From positions 832,001 through 896,000 of the forward strand of contig CAVYTA010000006.1 in the NCBI GenBank assembly GCA_963771355.1: a DNA stretch of 64,000 nucleotides, written 5' to 3'. The notes under the pieces are model-generated. The model was not told the origin of the DNA. It saw only the letters and a program-made list of their open reading frames with translations, and ran no database searches. Shown piece after piece: positions 49,925 through 60,715 of this stretch. Made by a program: the position numbers and the translations under genes. The first letter of the stretch is position 1. The number at the start of each line of letters is the position of its first letter. This DNA comes from an uncultured Candidatus Rokubacteria bacterium. GTDB taxonomy: Bacteria > Methylomirabilota > Methylomirabilia > Rokubacteriales > CSP1-6.

Positions 49925-50815
49925 ATGAGAGAAGAGATCAAGAAAATCCGCGACTTGATGGAAAGTGCCGACTACGTGACCGATCCCGCCATCGCCACCT
50001 CGGTGCATCTGGCGATGACGCTCCGGAAGCCGCTCCTCATCGAAGGCCATGCCGGGGTCGGCAAGACCGAAGTCGCCAAGGTGATGGCGCGGATGCTCGA
50101 CACGCGGCTCATTCGCCTCCAGTGTTACGAGGGGCTGGATGCGGCGCAGGCGCTGTACGAGTGGAATTACCCGAAGCAGATCCTCCACATCAAGCTGCAG
50201 GAGCGCTCGGATCGGCCCACCGGGGAGAAGGAGCACGAGATCTTCTCGGAGGAGTTCCTCATCCGCCGGCCGCTCCTCCAGGCCATCACGCCCGCCCCCA
50301 AGCCGCCCGTGCTCTTGATCGACGAAATCGACCGTGCTGACGAGGAGTTCGAAGCGTTCCTTCTAGAAGTACTTTCAGACTACCAGGTCACCATTCCCGA
50401 GATCGGCACCATCAAGGCGGTGGAGCCGCCCTACGTCATCCTCACCTCGAACCGGATCCGCGAGCTGTCCGACGCGCTCCGCCGGCGCTGCCTCTACCTG
50501 TGGGTGGACTACCCGGGCTTCGAGAAGGAAGTGCGCATCGTGACCCGGAAGGTTCCCGGGGTGAACCAGAAGCTGGCCCGGGAGATCTCGAAGTTCATGG
50601 AGAGCCTGCGCACGGTACGGCTGGCCAAGTTGCCCGGTGTGGCGGAGACGCTCGACTGGGCGCAGGCGCTGTCGTCGCTCCACGCCGACCATCTCGACGA
50701 GGAGCTCGTGCTCGAGACGCTCGGCTGCGTCCTCAAGGATCCCGACGACATCAAGCGCGTCCGCAAGGAGCTGGCCGGCTCCGGGATGAACCGCTTCGTG
50801 GCCGCCGAGGGGTAG
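49925..50815 (+). CDS. coxD: MoxR AAA+ ATPase (CoxD-like)
   Basis: GHAGVGKT, RLQCYEGLD, IDEID and LSDALRRRC motifs. Confidence 0.88.
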   Translation: MREEIKKIRDLMESADYVTDPAIATSVHLAMTLRKPLLIEGHAGVGKTEVAKVMARMLDTRLIRLQCYEGLDAAQALYEWNYPKQILHIKLQERSDRPTGEKEHEIFSEEFLIRRPLLQAITPAPKPPVLLIDEIDRADEEFEAFLLEVLSDYQVTIPEIGTIKAVEPPYVILTSNRIRELSDALRRRCLYLWVDYPGFEKEVRIVTRKVPGVNQKLAREISKFMESLRTVRLAKLPGVAETLDWAQALSSLHADHLDEELVLETLGCVLKDPDDIKRVRKELAGSGMNRFVAAEG

Positions 50816-50836
50816 ACGCCCGTGGCGGCGCCGGCC

Positions 50837-51988
50837 ATGGCGCGGGATCTCATGACCCAGACCCTCGCCTTCGGGCGCATCCTGCGCGCCGCCGGGGTGG
50901 CGTGCACCACGTCCGAAGTCCTCGACGCGGTGCGCGCCCTCGAGGCGGTGGATCTCCTGGATCGTAACGAGGTCTACCTCGCCCTGCGCGCGGTCTTCGT
51001 CACCCGGCGGGAGGAGATGCCCACCTTCGATCGCTGCTTCGAGGCCTTCTGGAAGTTCCGCGCGGCGGAGGGCCAGGGGCTGGACGGGCTCATCCAGGCC
51101 ATCGAGCCACCGCGGCCCGAGGACGACAGCATCCCGGGCTCGGTGGACGGCCCCGGCAAGAAGCAGGTCGAGATCGCGCTGGAGGGCTGGGAGGAAGAGG
51201 GCAACGACGACGGCGAGCCGCTGGAGGTGCCCGGGGTCAGCGCCCAGGAAGTCCTCATGGACCAGGATTTCTCCTCTTTCCCCGCGGATCAGCTGGACGA
51301 GGTCGCGCGCGTCACCGTGCTCATCGCCAAGCGGCTGGCGCGTCGGATGAGCCGGCGCCGGCGCCCGGTGAAGCGGGGCGGGGTGGTGGATCTGCGCCGC
51401 AGCATCCGCGCCAACATGATGAAGGGCGAGATCATCGAGCTGCGCCGGCGGGAGCGGCGCCGGCGGAAGATCCGCCTGGTCCTGCTCGCCGACGTATCCG
51501 GCTCCATGGATCTCTATAGCCGCTTCCTGCTCCTGTTCCTGTACGCCCTACAGAACGCGTTCGGACGGGTGGAGACCTTCACCTTCGCCACGCGACTGAC
51601 ACGCATAACCGAGCATCTCAAGGGTGCGTCCTACAAGCAGGCCCTCCGCCAGCTCGCCGCCGTCCGGGACTGGTCCGGGGGCACGCGGATCGGCGAGTCG
51701 CTCCGGGACTTCAACCGGACCTGGGGGCATCTGGTCGACCGCCGCACCATCGTGATCGTGCTCTCCGACGGCTGGGATACCGGAGAGCCCGACGAGCTGT
51801 CGGCGGAGATGCTGACGCTCAAGCGAAAGGCGGGCCGGGTGATCTGGCTCAATCCCCTGCTCGGCAACCCGTCGTACGAACCGCTCACCCGCGGCATGGC
51901 CGCTGCACTGCCGCTGGTGGACCACTTTGCCGCCGCGCACAATCTCGCCAGCCTCCGGGACCTCGCCGGTCACCTGAGACTGGGATAG
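50837..51988 (+). CDS. coxE: VWA-domain protein (CoxE-like)
   Basis: MIDAS DVSGSM, WSGGTRIG, SDGWD and WLNPL motifs. Confidence 0.88.
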   Translation: MARDLMTQTLAFGRILRAAGVACTTSEVLDAVRALEAVDLLDRNEVYLALRAVFVTRREEMPTFDRCFEAFWKFRAAEGQGLDGLIQAIEPPRPEDDSIPGSVDGPGKKQVEIALEGWEEEGNDDGEPLEVPGVSAQEVLMDQDFSSFPADQLDEVARVTVLIAKRLARRMSRRRRPVKRGGVVDLRRSIRANMMKGEIIELRRRERRRRKIRLVLLADVSGSMDLYSRFLLLFLYALQNAFGRVETFTFATRLTRITEHLKGASYKQALRQLAAVRDWSGGTRIGESLRDFNRTWGHLVDRRTIVIVLSDGWDTGEPDELSAEMLTLKRKAGRVIWLNPLLGNPSYEPLTRGMAAALPLVDHFAAAHNLASLRDLAGHLRLG

Positions 51989-52001
51989 CGGAGAACCGCC
52001 T

Positions 52002-53096
52002 GTGAGCAAGTCCGAGCTCTTCGACAACCTCGACCAGCTCCGCCGGTCCGAGGGGAAGGTCGCCCTGGCGACCCTGGTGAACACACGCGGCACCACGCCC
52101 CGGAAGGAAGGCGCCCAGATGCTGGTGGGCGACGGGGGCCGCGTCCTGGGCTCCGTCACCATCGGCGGCTGCGTGGACGCCCAGGTGATCGAGGAGTCCA
52201 CGAAGGTGCTGGGCGCGAACCGGCCGCGGCTGCTCGAGCTGGATCTGGGCGACGAGGAGGCCTGGGAGATCGGGCTCACCTGCGGGGGCACCATCGAGGT
52301 GTTCATGGAGCCCGTCACGCTGGATCGACCCGGCGACGCCACCCTCGCCCTGTACGAGCGCGCGCGCGCCCACGCGGAAGCCGGCGGGCGGGCCGCCATC
52401 GTCACGCGGCTCGATGAGGCCGGCAACGGCGCCAAGCTCCTCGTCCTGGACACGGGCGTGGTCGAGGGCACCCTCGGCGACCCCACCCTCGACGCGCGCT
52501 TCGTGGAAGAGGCGACCCAGGCGAGCCGAGCCGGAATCTCGAAGACCCTCCTGGTGGAGGGGGTCCGCGCGTTCATCGAGGTGCAGGTCCCCCCGGCCAT
52601 CCTGGCCATGGTCGGGGCCAGCCACGTGGCCATGCCGCTGGTGACGCTCGCGCGCGCGCTCGCCTTCCGCACCATCGTGATCGACGGCCGCCCGCGCTTC
52701 GCGACGCGCGAGCGCTTCCCCGACGTGGACGATCTCCGCATCGGCATTCCCTCGGAGCTGGTCCGTGACATCCCGCTGATCGCCAGCACCGCGCTCGTGC
52801 TCGTCGCCCACGACTACAAGTACGACGTGCCGGTGCTCAAGCACGCGCTGACCACCCCCGTGGGCTATATCGGCCTGCTCGGCTCCAGCCGCCGCGGCGC
52901 CGCCATCCTCAACCTGCTCAGGGAGGACGGCGTGCCCGAGGAGCAGCTCGGGCGTGTCCGCGTTCCGATCGGCCTCGATCTGGGCGCGCAGTCCGCGCCG
53001 GAGATCGCCCTGGCGGTGCTGGCCGAGGTGCTGGCCGTGCAGCGGAAGGCCACCGGGCTCCCCATCAGCGAGAAGGTCCGCCGGGGGATCAAGTGA
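52002..53096 (+). CDS. xdhC: XdhC/CoxI family Moco chaperone
   Basis: GTTPR..GA.M, GGCVD, GLTCGG, YIGLLGS and PIGLDLG..PEIAL motifs. Confidence 0.88.
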   Translation: MSKSELFDNLDQLRRSEGKVALATLVNTRGTTPRKEGAQMLVGDGGRVLGSVTIGGCVDAQVIEESTKVLGANRPRLLELDLGDEEAWEIGLTCGGTIEVFMEPVTLDRPGDATLALYERARAHAEAGGRAAIVTRLDEAGNGAKLLVLDTGVVEGTLGDPTLDARFVEEATQASRAGISKTLLVEGVRAFIEVQVPPAILAMVGASHVAMPLVTLARALAFRTIVIDGRPRFATRERFPDVDDLRIGIPSELVRDIPLIASTALVLVAHDYKYDVPVLKHALTTPVGYIGLLGSSRRGAAILNLLREDGVPEEQLGRVRVPIGLDLGAQSAPEIALAVLAEVLAVQRKATGLPISEKVRRGIK

Positions 53097-54136
53097 AGGC
53101 CCTCGCGCTCCGTCACGACGGGCTGGGCGCGAGCGCGCTGGCCGGCCGCATCGCCTGCCACGACGTCCGCGACCCGGGCGGCAAGATCGTGGTGCGCAAG
53201 GGGCAGACGCTCGACGCCGCGTCGGCGGCGCTGGCCCTGGCCGCGCCGTGGGAGGAAATCCACGTCCTCGAGCTCGAGCCCGGCGACGTCCACGAGGAGC
53301 CCGCGGGGGCGCGCATCGCCCAGGCGGCCGCCGGGGACGGCGTGGAGGTGCGCGGCTATACCGGCGGGCAGTGGACGCTCGCGGCGGCGCGGCGCGGCCT
53401 GGTGCGCGTGCGCGACGCGGCCCTGGCCGAGACCAACGCCCAGCCCGGCGTCTCGGTCTTCACGCTCTGGGATCTTCAGCCGGTGGACGCGGGCGAGGTG
53501 GTGGCCAAGGCCAAGGTCACCCCGCTGGCCATCGCCGAGCGAACCGTGAAGCACGTCGAGGGCAGCGCCTGGGGCGCGGGCGGCCTGGTGACCGTGCCTG
53601 GCTTTTCGCCCCGCACCATCGGCGCGGTATCCCGCGAGAGCCTCGAGCCCAAGCAGCGCGCACGCTTCGAGGCGGCGCTCCAGGAAAAGGTCGACTGGTT
53701 CGGGTCTCGCCTCTTGCCTCTGCGCTACTCGGGCGGCGACGCGGGGGCGGTGGCGGGCGACATCGAGGGCGTGATTCGCGAGGGGGCCGATCTCGTGATC
53801 GTGGCCGGGGCCAGCGCGCTCGATCCGCTCGACCCCGTGTTCCTCGGCATCGAGCGCGCGGGCGGGCGGATGGAGCGCCACGGCGTGCCTGCGCATCCGG
53901 GGAGCCTCCTCTTCCTGGCCTGGATCGGCGAGCGGCCCGTGCTGGGCATGCCCACCTGCGGGATGTTCTCCCAGGCCACCACGTTCGACCTGGTGCTCCC
54001 GCGCCTCCTCGCCGGCGAGCGCCTCGACAATGTCGCCCTCGCCGCGCTGGGCCAGGGCGGGCTCATGTCTGCGGAGAGCGCCTGGCGCTTTCCGCCGTAC
54101 CGGAAGAACGCGGCCCGCGGAGAGCTGGACGGATGA
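53093..54136 (+). CDS. molybdopterin-binding (MoeA-like) protein
   Basis: GDVHEE, GASALDPLD, PAHPGSL, GMPTC and GGL motifs. Confidence 0.75.
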   Translation: MKALALRHDGLGASALAGRIACHDVRDPGGKIVVRKGQTLDAASAALALAAPWEEIHVLELEPGDVHEEPAGARIAQAAAGDGVEVRGYTGGQWTLAAARRGLVRVRDAALAETNAQPGVSVFTLWDLQPVDAGEVVAKAKVTPLAIAERTVKHVEGSAWGAGGLVTVPGFSPRTIGAVSRESLEPKQRARFEAALQEKVDWFGSRLLPLRYSGGDAGAVAGDIEGVIREGADLVIVAGASALDPLDPVFLGIERAGGRMERHGVPAHPGSLLFLAWIGERPVLGMPTCGMFSQATTFDLVLPRLLAGERLDNVALAALGQGGLMSAESAWRFPPYRKNAARGELDG

Positions 54137-54513
54137 GCGCGGTGCAGTACAGCGACGTCATCCGCGAGCGCTTCCGCCGCCCGCGCTTCCGCGGCCGGCT
54201 GCCCAATCCCGACGCCGCCTTCGAGGACGTGAATCCCTTGTGCGGGGACCGCATCCGCATCGAGTGCCGGCTGGAAGGCGGGCGCCTCGCCGAGGCCCTG
54301 CACCACGGCGATAGCTGCGCCATCTGCGCCGCGGCCGCCGACGTCCTGATCGAGCTGGGCCTGGGCCGACCGGTGGCGGAGGTCGCCCGCCTCGGCGCGG
54401 CCGACATCCTCGAGCGGCTGCAGGCGGATATTCGGCCCGCGCGGATGAAGTGCGTGACGCTGCCCATCACCGTGCTCCAGGGCGCGCTCGAGGGCAGGGA
54501 GGTGGCGCGATGA
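54133..54513 (+). CDS. sufU: SufU/IscU-like sulfur-acceptor scaffold
   Basis: NPLCGD, SCAIC and RMKC cysteines. Confidence 0.8.
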   Translation: MSAVQYSDVIRERFRRPRFRGRLPNPDAAFEDVNPLCGDRIRIECRLEGGRLAEALHHGDSCAICAAAADVLIELGLGRPVAEVARLGAADILERLQADIRPARMKCVTLPITVLQGALEGREVAR

Positions 54514-55727
54514 CGCTCGGCGAGCAATGCCGCGGGGACTTCCCGATCCTGTCCCGGCTGGTCAATGGCCGGCCCCTCGTCTATCTGGACTCGGGCGCAT
54601 CGAGCCAGAAGCCGCGGCAGGTGCTGGACGCCATCCGCCATTTCTACGAACAGAGCAATGCCAACGTGCACCGGTCCATCCACACCCTCGGCGAGGAGGC
54701 CACCGAGGCCTACGAGGCCGCGCGCGATGCGGTGCGGGGCTTCGTGGGCGCGCGCGGCCGCGAGGAGATCATCTTCACCCGCGGTACCACCGAGGGCGTG
54801 AACATCGTCGCGCACGCCCTCGGCCGGACCCTCCAGCCCGGGGACGAGGTCATCGTCAGCGAGATGGAGCATCACTCCAATCTCATCCCCTGGCAGATGG
54901 TGTGCCGGGACCGGGGCGCTCGGCTACTGGCCGTCCCCCTCCAGGACGGCGCCTACCTGGACATGGCCGCCTATGCGCGCCTCCTCGGCCCCCGGACCCG
55001 GATGGTGGCGTTGACGCATATCTCGAACGTCCTGGGCACCATCAACCCGGTGGTCGACATCGTGCGCCAGGCCCACGCGGCGGGCGCGCAGGTGCTACTG
55101 GACGGCGCCCAGGCGGCGCCACACCTCCGGCTCGACCTGGCCGCGCTGGGTTGCGACTTCTATGTATTCTCCGGCCACAAGATGCTCGGGCCGACCGGCA
55201 TCGGCGTCCTCTACGGCCGCCGCGAAGTGCTCGAGGCCACCGAGCCCGCCATGGGTGGCAGCGAGATGATCAAGGAGGTCTGGATCGACCACGCCCAGTG
55301 GAACGACCTGCCGTGGCGCTTCGAGCCCGGCACGCCGCCCATCGCGCAGGCGGTGGGACTGCACGCCGCGGTGGACTATCTCGACAAGCTCGGCATGGAG
55401 CGCGTGGGCGCGCACGAGCGCGAGCTCACCGCCCGCTGCCTGGACGCGCTCGCCGCCATCCCCGGCGTCACGCTCTACGGACCCCGCAATCCCGAGATGA
55501 AGGGCGCGGTGGTGGCCTTCAACGTGGCCGGCATCCATCCTCACGACGGCGCCGCGCTGCTCGATCAGGCGGGCGTGGCGGTGCGCGCTGGACATCATTG
55601 CGCTCAGCCCCTGGCCAAGCGCCTCGGCATCGGGGGCGCGCTGCGCGCGAGCTTCTCCGTCTACAACACGGCCTCCGACGTGGATCGCCTCGCCGAGGCG
55701 GTGGCCCGCCTCGACGCCCAGCTCTGA
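54510..55727 (+). CDS. sufS: group II cysteine desulfurase
   Basis: YLDSGASSQKP, EHHSN, SGHK and RAGHHCA motifs. Confidence 0.92.
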   Translation: MTLGEQCRGDFPILSRLVNGRPLVYLDSGASSQKPRQVLDAIRHFYEQSNANVHRSIHTLGEEATEAYEAARDAVRGFVGARGREEIIFTRGTTEGVNIVAHALGRTLQPGDEVIVSEMEHHSNLIPWQMVCRDRGARLLAVPLQDGAYLDMAAYARLLGPRTRMVALTHISNVLGTINPVVDIVRQAHAAGAQVLLDGAQAAPHLRLDLAALGCDFYVFSGHKMLGPTGIGVLYGRREVLEATEPAMGGSEMIKEVWIDHAQWNDLPWRFEPGTPPIAQAVGLHAAVDYLDKLGMERVGAHERELTARCLDALAAIPGVTLYGPRNPEMKGAVVAFNVAGIHPHDGAALLDQAGVAVRAGHHCAQPLAKRLGIGGALRASFSVYNTASDVDRLAEAVARLDAQL

Positions 55728-57340
55728 TGGCGGGCCCCGCCGCGGCCGCCAGCCTGATCTTCATCGGAGGCCGCGTCCACACCGTCAATCCCGCCGACGA
55801 CGTCGTCTCCGCGCTCGCGGTGGGGGGCGGCCGGATCCTCGCCGTGGGTGCCGACGCCGACGCGCTCGCCCACCGCGGCCCGGGCACGCAGATGGTGGAG
55901 CTGCGCGGCCGTTCCCTGCTGCCGGGCTTCATCGACGCGCACTGTCACTTCCCGAGTCTGGGCGTGTCGATGACCGCCATCGATTGCAAGGCCCCCGGCA
56001 TGCAATCCATCGAGGCCCTCCAGAAGGCGGTCCGCGAGCGGGCGGCCACCCAGCCCGCCGGGACCTGGATCCGCGGGCGTGGCTACGATCAATCGCGGCT
56101 GGCGGAGCGGCGGCATCCCAACCGGCTGGATTGGGACATGGTGGCGCCCGAGCACCCCGTGATCTTCACGCGCACCTGTGGTCACATCGCGTCCGTGTCG
56201 AGCCGCGCCCTCGCGCGGGCGGGGCTCGACGACGCCACGCCCGATCCGCCGGGCGGCCGCCACGATCGAGCCGACGGCCGGCTCCTGGGCGTCGCCTACG
56301 AGACCGCACAGACCCCCCTCCAGGTCGCCTCGCTCCCCACGGAGGCGGAATTCCGCGAGGGACTCCTCCGCGCGGATCAGGCCTATCTCGCCGCGGGCGC
56401 CACCAGCGTGCACGACGCGGGGGGGCTGGTGGGGCCGGCCTTCGCGCCCTGTCAGGCGCTCGCCGAGACCGGCCGTCTCCACGTGCGGCTCTACGCCTTC
56501 GCCACCGTGAATAGTCGCCAGCACCCGCTGCTGGGGCTGCTCGCCAGCGGCATTCGCACCGGGCTCGGCGACGCGCGGCTGAGAGTGGGCGCCTTCAAGG
56601 TGATGACGGACGGTTCCTCGAGCGGGCCCACCGCGGCCACCCGCGAGCCGTACCACTCCAACTGCCAGGACTCCGGCATCCTCTACTGGAGCCAGGCCGA
56701 TCTCGACGATCTGCTGGGCCAGGCGCACCGCGCGGGCTTCCAGTGCACGGTACACGCGGTCGGCGATCGCGCCATCCTCCAGACTCTGGACGCGCTGGCC
56801 CGCGCGCAGCGCGAGGCACCCCGCGAGGGGCTGCGCCATCGGATCGAGCACTGCGGCATCTGTCCCCCCGATCTGCAGGCGCGCGTCCGCGCGCAGGGCA
56901 TCGTGCCCGCGATGCAGCCGGCGTTCTTCTGGGAGTTCGGCGACGGCTATATCCGCAACTACGGGCGGGAGCGCGCCGACACCATGTTTCCGGCTCGGAG
57001 CCTCATCGCCGCGGGAGTTCCGGTGGCGGGCAGCTCGGACGCGCCGGTGACGCACTACGCGCCCCTTTTCGGCATCGAGCAGGCGCTGACCCGGGCCACC
57101 ATGGACGGTGACGTCTGCGGCCCGGGGGAGCGGGTCGACCTCGCCACCGCCATCCGCATGCACACGCTCAACGGCGCGTACGCGGCCTTCGAGGAGCGCG
57201 AGAAGGGCAGCCTCGAGCCCGGCAAGCTCGCCGACCTGGTGCTGCTCGGCGAGGACCTCACCCGCGTGCCTACCACCCGTCTCCGCCACGTGGAAGTGGC
57301 GATGACGGTGGTGGGCGGAGAGATCGTGCACCCGGCGTGA
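55727..57340 (+). CDS. amidohydrolase 3 (YtcJ-like)
   Basis: PGFIDAHCH, HAVGD, RIEH, SSDAP and GKLAD motifs. Confidence 0.9.
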   Translation: MAGPAAAASLIFIGGRVHTVNPADDVVSALAVGGGRILAVGADADALAHRGPGTQMVELRGRSLLPGFIDAHCHFPSLGVSMTAIDCKAPGMQSIEALQKAVRERAATQPAGTWIRGRGYDQSRLAERRHPNRLDWDMVAPEHPVIFTRTCGHIASVSSRALARAGLDDATPDPPGGRHDRADGRLLGVAYETAQTPLQVASLPTEAEFREGLLRADQAYLAAGATSVHDAGGLVGPAFAPCQALAETGRLHVRLYAFATVNSRQHPLLGLLASGIRTGLGDARLRVGAFKVMTDGSSSGPTAATREPYHSNCQDSGILYWSQADLDDLLGQAHRAGFQCTVHAVGDRAILQTLDALARAQREAPREGLRHRIEHCGICPPDLQARVRAQGIVPAMQPAFFWEFGDGYIRNYGRERADTMFPARSLIAAGVPVAGSSDAPVTHYAPLFGIEQALTRATMDGDVCGPGERVDLATAIRMHTLNGAYAAFEEREKGSLEPGKLADLVLLGEDLTRVPTTRLRHVEVAMTVVGGEIVHPA

Positions 57341-58284
57341 TGCCCGACGATCATCCGCGCCCCACCGACGCCTTCACCTCGCCGCGCTTCGGCCAGATCG
57401 CCACCTTCATGCGGCTGCCGCACGTGACCTCACCGGCGGGGCTCGACGTGGCGCTCTACGGGATCCCCTTCGATGGCGGCTGCTCGTACCGCCCGGGAGC
57501 CCGGTTCGGCCCTCGGCACATCCGAGAGCACTCCTCGCTCCTCCGCCCCTGGAACCCCACGCTCCGGGTGCACCCCTTCGACCGGCTACGCGTGGCCGAC
57601 TGCGGCGACGTGGACGTCGTGCCGATCTCCATCGAGGGCACCTTCGCCGCCATCGAGCGCACCCTGGCTCCGGCGGTGGACGGGGGCGCCACGCCGCTGA
57701 TCGCCGGCGGCGACCACACGATCACGCTGGCCGTCCTGCGCGTGCTCGCCCGGCGCCATGGGCGCCTGGGGCTCATCCACTTCGACGCGCATCCCGACAC
57801 CTGGGACCGCTACTTCGGCCTGCCCTACTACCACGGCAGCACCTTCCGGCGCGCGGCGGAGGAAGGTCTCATCGACGGGACGCGCTCCATCCAGGTCGGC
57901 ATCCGCGGGCCGCTCTACGGGCCCGACGATTTCGACTTCCAGGCCGCGCAGGGATTCGAGGTGATCCGGATCGAGGAAGTGAAGGAGCGCGGCGTGGCCT
58001 GGGTGGCGGAGCGGCTCGCCCGGCTGGCCGGCGGGCCGGTCTACTGCTCGTTCGACATCGACGCGGTGGATCCCGCCTATGCGCCCGCCACCGGAACGCC
58101 GGAGGTGGGCGGCCTCACCGCCTATGAGGCGCTCGCCCTCGTCCGTGCGCTCCGGCCCATCGATCTGCGCGGCGCCGACGTGGTGGAAGTGGCGCCGCCT
58201 TACGACGGGCCCGGCGCCATCACCGGGCTCCTCGCCGCCAATATCCTCTTCGAGCTCCTCTCGCTCCTCGCGCTCCGCCGCTAG
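57337..58284 (+). CDS. speB: agmatinase/ureohydrolase family
   Basis: GARFGP, GGDHT, DAHPD, SFDID and TGTP motifs. Confidence 0.85.
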   Translation: MMPDDHPRPTDAFTSPRFGQIATFMRLPHVTSPAGLDVALYGIPFDGGCSYRPGARFGPRHIREHSSLLRPWNPTLRVHPFDRLRVADCGDVDVVPISIEGTFAAIERTLAPAVDGGATPLIAGGDHTITLAVLRVLARRHGRLGLIHFDAHPDTWDRYFGLPYYHGSTFRRAAEEGLIDGTRSIQVGIRGPLYGPDDFDFQAAQGFEVIRIEEVKERGVAWVAERLARLAGGPVYCSFDIDAVDPAYAPATGTPEVGGLTAYEALALVRALRPIDLRGADVVEVAPPYDGPGAITGLLAANILFELLSLLALRR

Positions 58285-58327
58285 TCACCGGCTCGGCCAC
58301 CGTGTCCCCGCGTGCTATCATGCGGGC

Positions 58328-59644
58328 GTGGAGTCAGCCACGCGTCGGGCTCCGCTCGCCACGCTCCTCCTCCTCTTTGCGTTCTTCGCCGTCGGGGTCG
58401 CTTCGGGCGCCGCGCCCGCCCCGGTGGCGGTGATCGACATCGAGGGCGCCATCACCCCGGTGACGGTGCGCCTGGTCTCCGCCGCGGTGGAGCGCGCTCA
58501 GGCCGAGCGCGCCCAGGCTCTCGTCATCCAGCTCGACACCCCGGGGGGACTCGAGCGCTCCATGCGCTCCATCGTGCAGTCGATCCTCAACTCCGAGGTG
58601 CCGGTGATCGTCTACGTGGCGCCCACGGGTGGGCGGGCCGCGTCCGCGGGGGTGTTCATCACCATGGCCGCGCACGTGGCCGCGATGGCGCCCGCCACCA
58701 ATATCGGCGCGGCGCACCCGGTGGCGGTGGGAGGCGGCGGGCCGGACAAGGAGATGATGAAGAAGATCGAGAACGACGCCGCCGCCTTCGCGCGCACCAT
58801 CGCGGTGGAGCGGGGGCGCAACGCGGAGTGGGCAGAGAAGGCGGTGCGGTCGTCGGTGTCGGTGACCGAGCGCGAGGCGGTGAAGCTCAAGATCGTGGAC
58901 CTGGTGGCCGACAATCTGACGGACCTCCTGGCCAAGGTCGACGGCCGGACCGTGAAGACGGCGAAGGGGACGGTGACGCTCCAGACCAAGGACGCGTCCC
59001 TCAAGAAGATCGAGGTCAAGTTCCGCGACCGGTTCCTCGCGCTGATCTCCGACCCCAATATCGCCTACATCCTCATGATGGTCGGGATGCTGGGCATCTT
59101 CTTCGAGCTCTCCAATCCCGGCGTCATTCTGCCCGGCGTCCTTGGCGGCATCAGCCTCATCCTGGCCTTCTTCGCCTTCCAGAGCCTGCCCATCAACTGG
59201 GCGGGAGTGCTCCTCATCCTCTTCGGCGTGGCCCTGCTCATCGCGGAGATCAAGGTGGTGAGCCATGGCGTCCTCACGATCGGTGGCGTGGTGGCCATGC
59301 TCCTGGGCTCGATGATGCTCTTCGACGCGCCCGAGGCCGGCGGGCTCCGCGTCTCCTGGTTTGTGATCGTGCCCGCGGTGGCCTCCACGGCGGGTCTGGT
59401 GGTGGTCGGCCTCACCTTCGGAATGCGGGCGCTGTACCGGAAGCCCACCACCGGCGAGAGTGGGATGGTCGGGGAGATCGGCGTGGTCAGGAGCCCGCTG
59501 GCCCCGGAAGGCCAGGTGCTGGTGCACGGCGAGCTCTGGCAGGCGATCGCCCAAAACGGGCCGGTGGCGGTCGGCGAGAAGGTCGAGGTGGTCGGGGTGA
59601 ATGGCCTCACCCTCACCGTGGTCAAGGCAGCCGACCGGCGCTGA
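58328..59644 (+). CDS. nfeD: NfeD membrane-bound serine protease
   Basis: LDTPGG, AASAG and TNIGAAHPV motifs; C-terminal OB fold GELW. Confidence 0.92.
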   Translation: MESATRRAPLATLLLLFAFFAVGVASGAAPAPVAVIDIEGAITPVTVRLVSAAVERAQAERAQALVIQLDTPGGLERSMRSIVQSILNSEVPVIVYVAPTGGRAASAGVFITMAAHVAAMAPATNIGAAHPVAVGGGGPDKEMMKKIENDAAAFARTIAVERGRNAEWAEKAVRSSVSVTEREAVKLKIVDLVADNLTDLLAKVDGRTVKTAKGTVTLQTKDASLKKIEVKFRDRFLALISDPNIAYILMMVGMLGIFFELSNPGVILPGVLGGISLILAFFAFQSLPINWAGVLLILFGVALLIAEIKVVSHGVLTIGGVVAMLLGSMMLFDAPEAGGLRVSWFVIVPAVASTAGLVVVGLTFGMRALYRKPTTGESGMVGEIGVVRSPLAPEGQVLVHGELWQAIAQNGPVAVGEKVEVVGVNGLTLTVVKAADRR

Positions 59645-59663
59645 GCGCCGAGAGGAGAAGGAT

Positions 59664-60479
59664 ATGGGCGGCTTCGAGATGAGCATCGGCTTGATCCTGG
59701 TCCTGATTGTCGGCGTCTTCGTGATCGGCTCCTCGGTCCGCATCCTGCGCGAGTACGAGCGGGGAGTGATCTTCCGGTTCGGCCGGCGGGCGAACGCAGT
59801 GTTGAATCCCGGCGGCGACGGCTCGGGGCCGGGACTGGTGCTCCTCTTGCCCTTCGTGGACAAGATGGTCAAGGTGAGCCTCCGCACCATCACCATGGAC
59901 GTGCCCCCCCAGGACGTGATCACGCGCGACAACGTCTCGGTGAAGGTGAACGCGGTGATCTTCTTCCGCGTGCTGGACTCGGCCAAGGCGGTGATCAGCG
60001 TGGAGGACTACCTCTATGCCACCTCGCAGATCGCCCAGACCACGCTACGCAGCGTGCTCGGTCAGCAGGAACTGGATGATCTCCTCTCCTCGCGGGACAA
60101 GATCAACCAGGAGCTGACGCGCATCATCGACGAGCACACCAATCCCTGGGGGATCAAAGTGGCGGCGGTGGAGGTCAAGAACGTGGACCTACCCCAGGAT
60201 ATGCAGCGCGCCATGTCCAAGCAGGCCGAGGCCGAGCGCGAGCGCCGAGCCAAGGTCATCAACGCGGACGGCGAGTTCCAGGCCGCCGCCAAGCTCTCCG
60301 AGGCGGCCGACGTCCTCTCGCGCTTCCCCATCGCCATCCAGCTCCGCTATCTCCAGACCATGCGGGAGATCGCCTCCGAGCGGAACACCACCACCTTCTT
60401 CCCGGTGCCGGTGGATCTCCTGGGCTCGCTCCGGACCGTGCTGGGCACCGCGGACGGCCAGGGCGCCGCCAAGAGCTGA
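59664..60479 (+). CDS. SPFH/slipin (stomatin-like) protein
   Basis: [28 protein letters not shown] and QLRYLQT motifs. Confidence 0.92.
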   Translation: MGGFEMSIGLILVLIVGVFVIGSSVRILREYERGVIFRFGRRANAVLNPGGDGSGPGLVLLLPFVDKMVKVSLRTITMDVPPQDVITRDNVSVKVNAVIFFRVLDSAKAVISVEDYLYATSQIAQTTLRSVLGQQELDDLLSSRDKINQELTRIIDEHTNPWGIKVAAVEVKNVDLPQDMQRAMSKQAEAERERRAKVINADGEFQAAAKLSEAADVLSRFPIAIQLRYLQTMREIASERNTTTFFPVPVDLLGSLRTVLGTADGQGAAKS

Positions 60480-60548
60480 CCGGGCGCGGAGGGGACGCGC
60501 ATCCCTTGTCGCGCGACGTCACCCCGAGTAGACTATGGTGGTTGTGAC

Positions 60549-60624
60549 GGGGGGTTAGCTCAGTTGGGAGAGCGCGGCGTTCGCAACGCCGAGGTCGAGG
60601 GTTCGACTCCCTTACCCTCCACCA
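60549..60624 (+). tRNA. tRNA-Ala(CGC)
   Basis: Cloverleaf with acceptor GGGGGGT/ACCCTCC and G3-U70; anticodon arm CGGCG-TTCGCAA-CGCCG; GGTTCGACTCC T arm; encoded CCA. Confidence 0.95.
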
Positions 60625-60637
60625 TTCCACGACGCAG

Positions 60638-60672
60638 CGAAGGCCGGGGGCGCGCTACGCTCCCGGCCTTCG
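60638..60672 (+). terminator. GC hairpin after the tRNA
   Basis: CGAAGGCCGGG..CCCGGCCTTCG; weak U tract. Confidence 0.5.
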
Positions 60673-60715
60673 TGCTTGGAGAGGAGACCCGCATGGCCAT
60701 CCTCGCGTACTTCTC

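Noticed and set aside
54527..57340. 937-aa fusion ORF; similar apparent extensions at 45632, 36087, 21486-24080 and 1542-2915
   Set aside because: The N-terminal parts are off-frame read-through of neighbouring genes; true starts are internal and overlap upstream stops.
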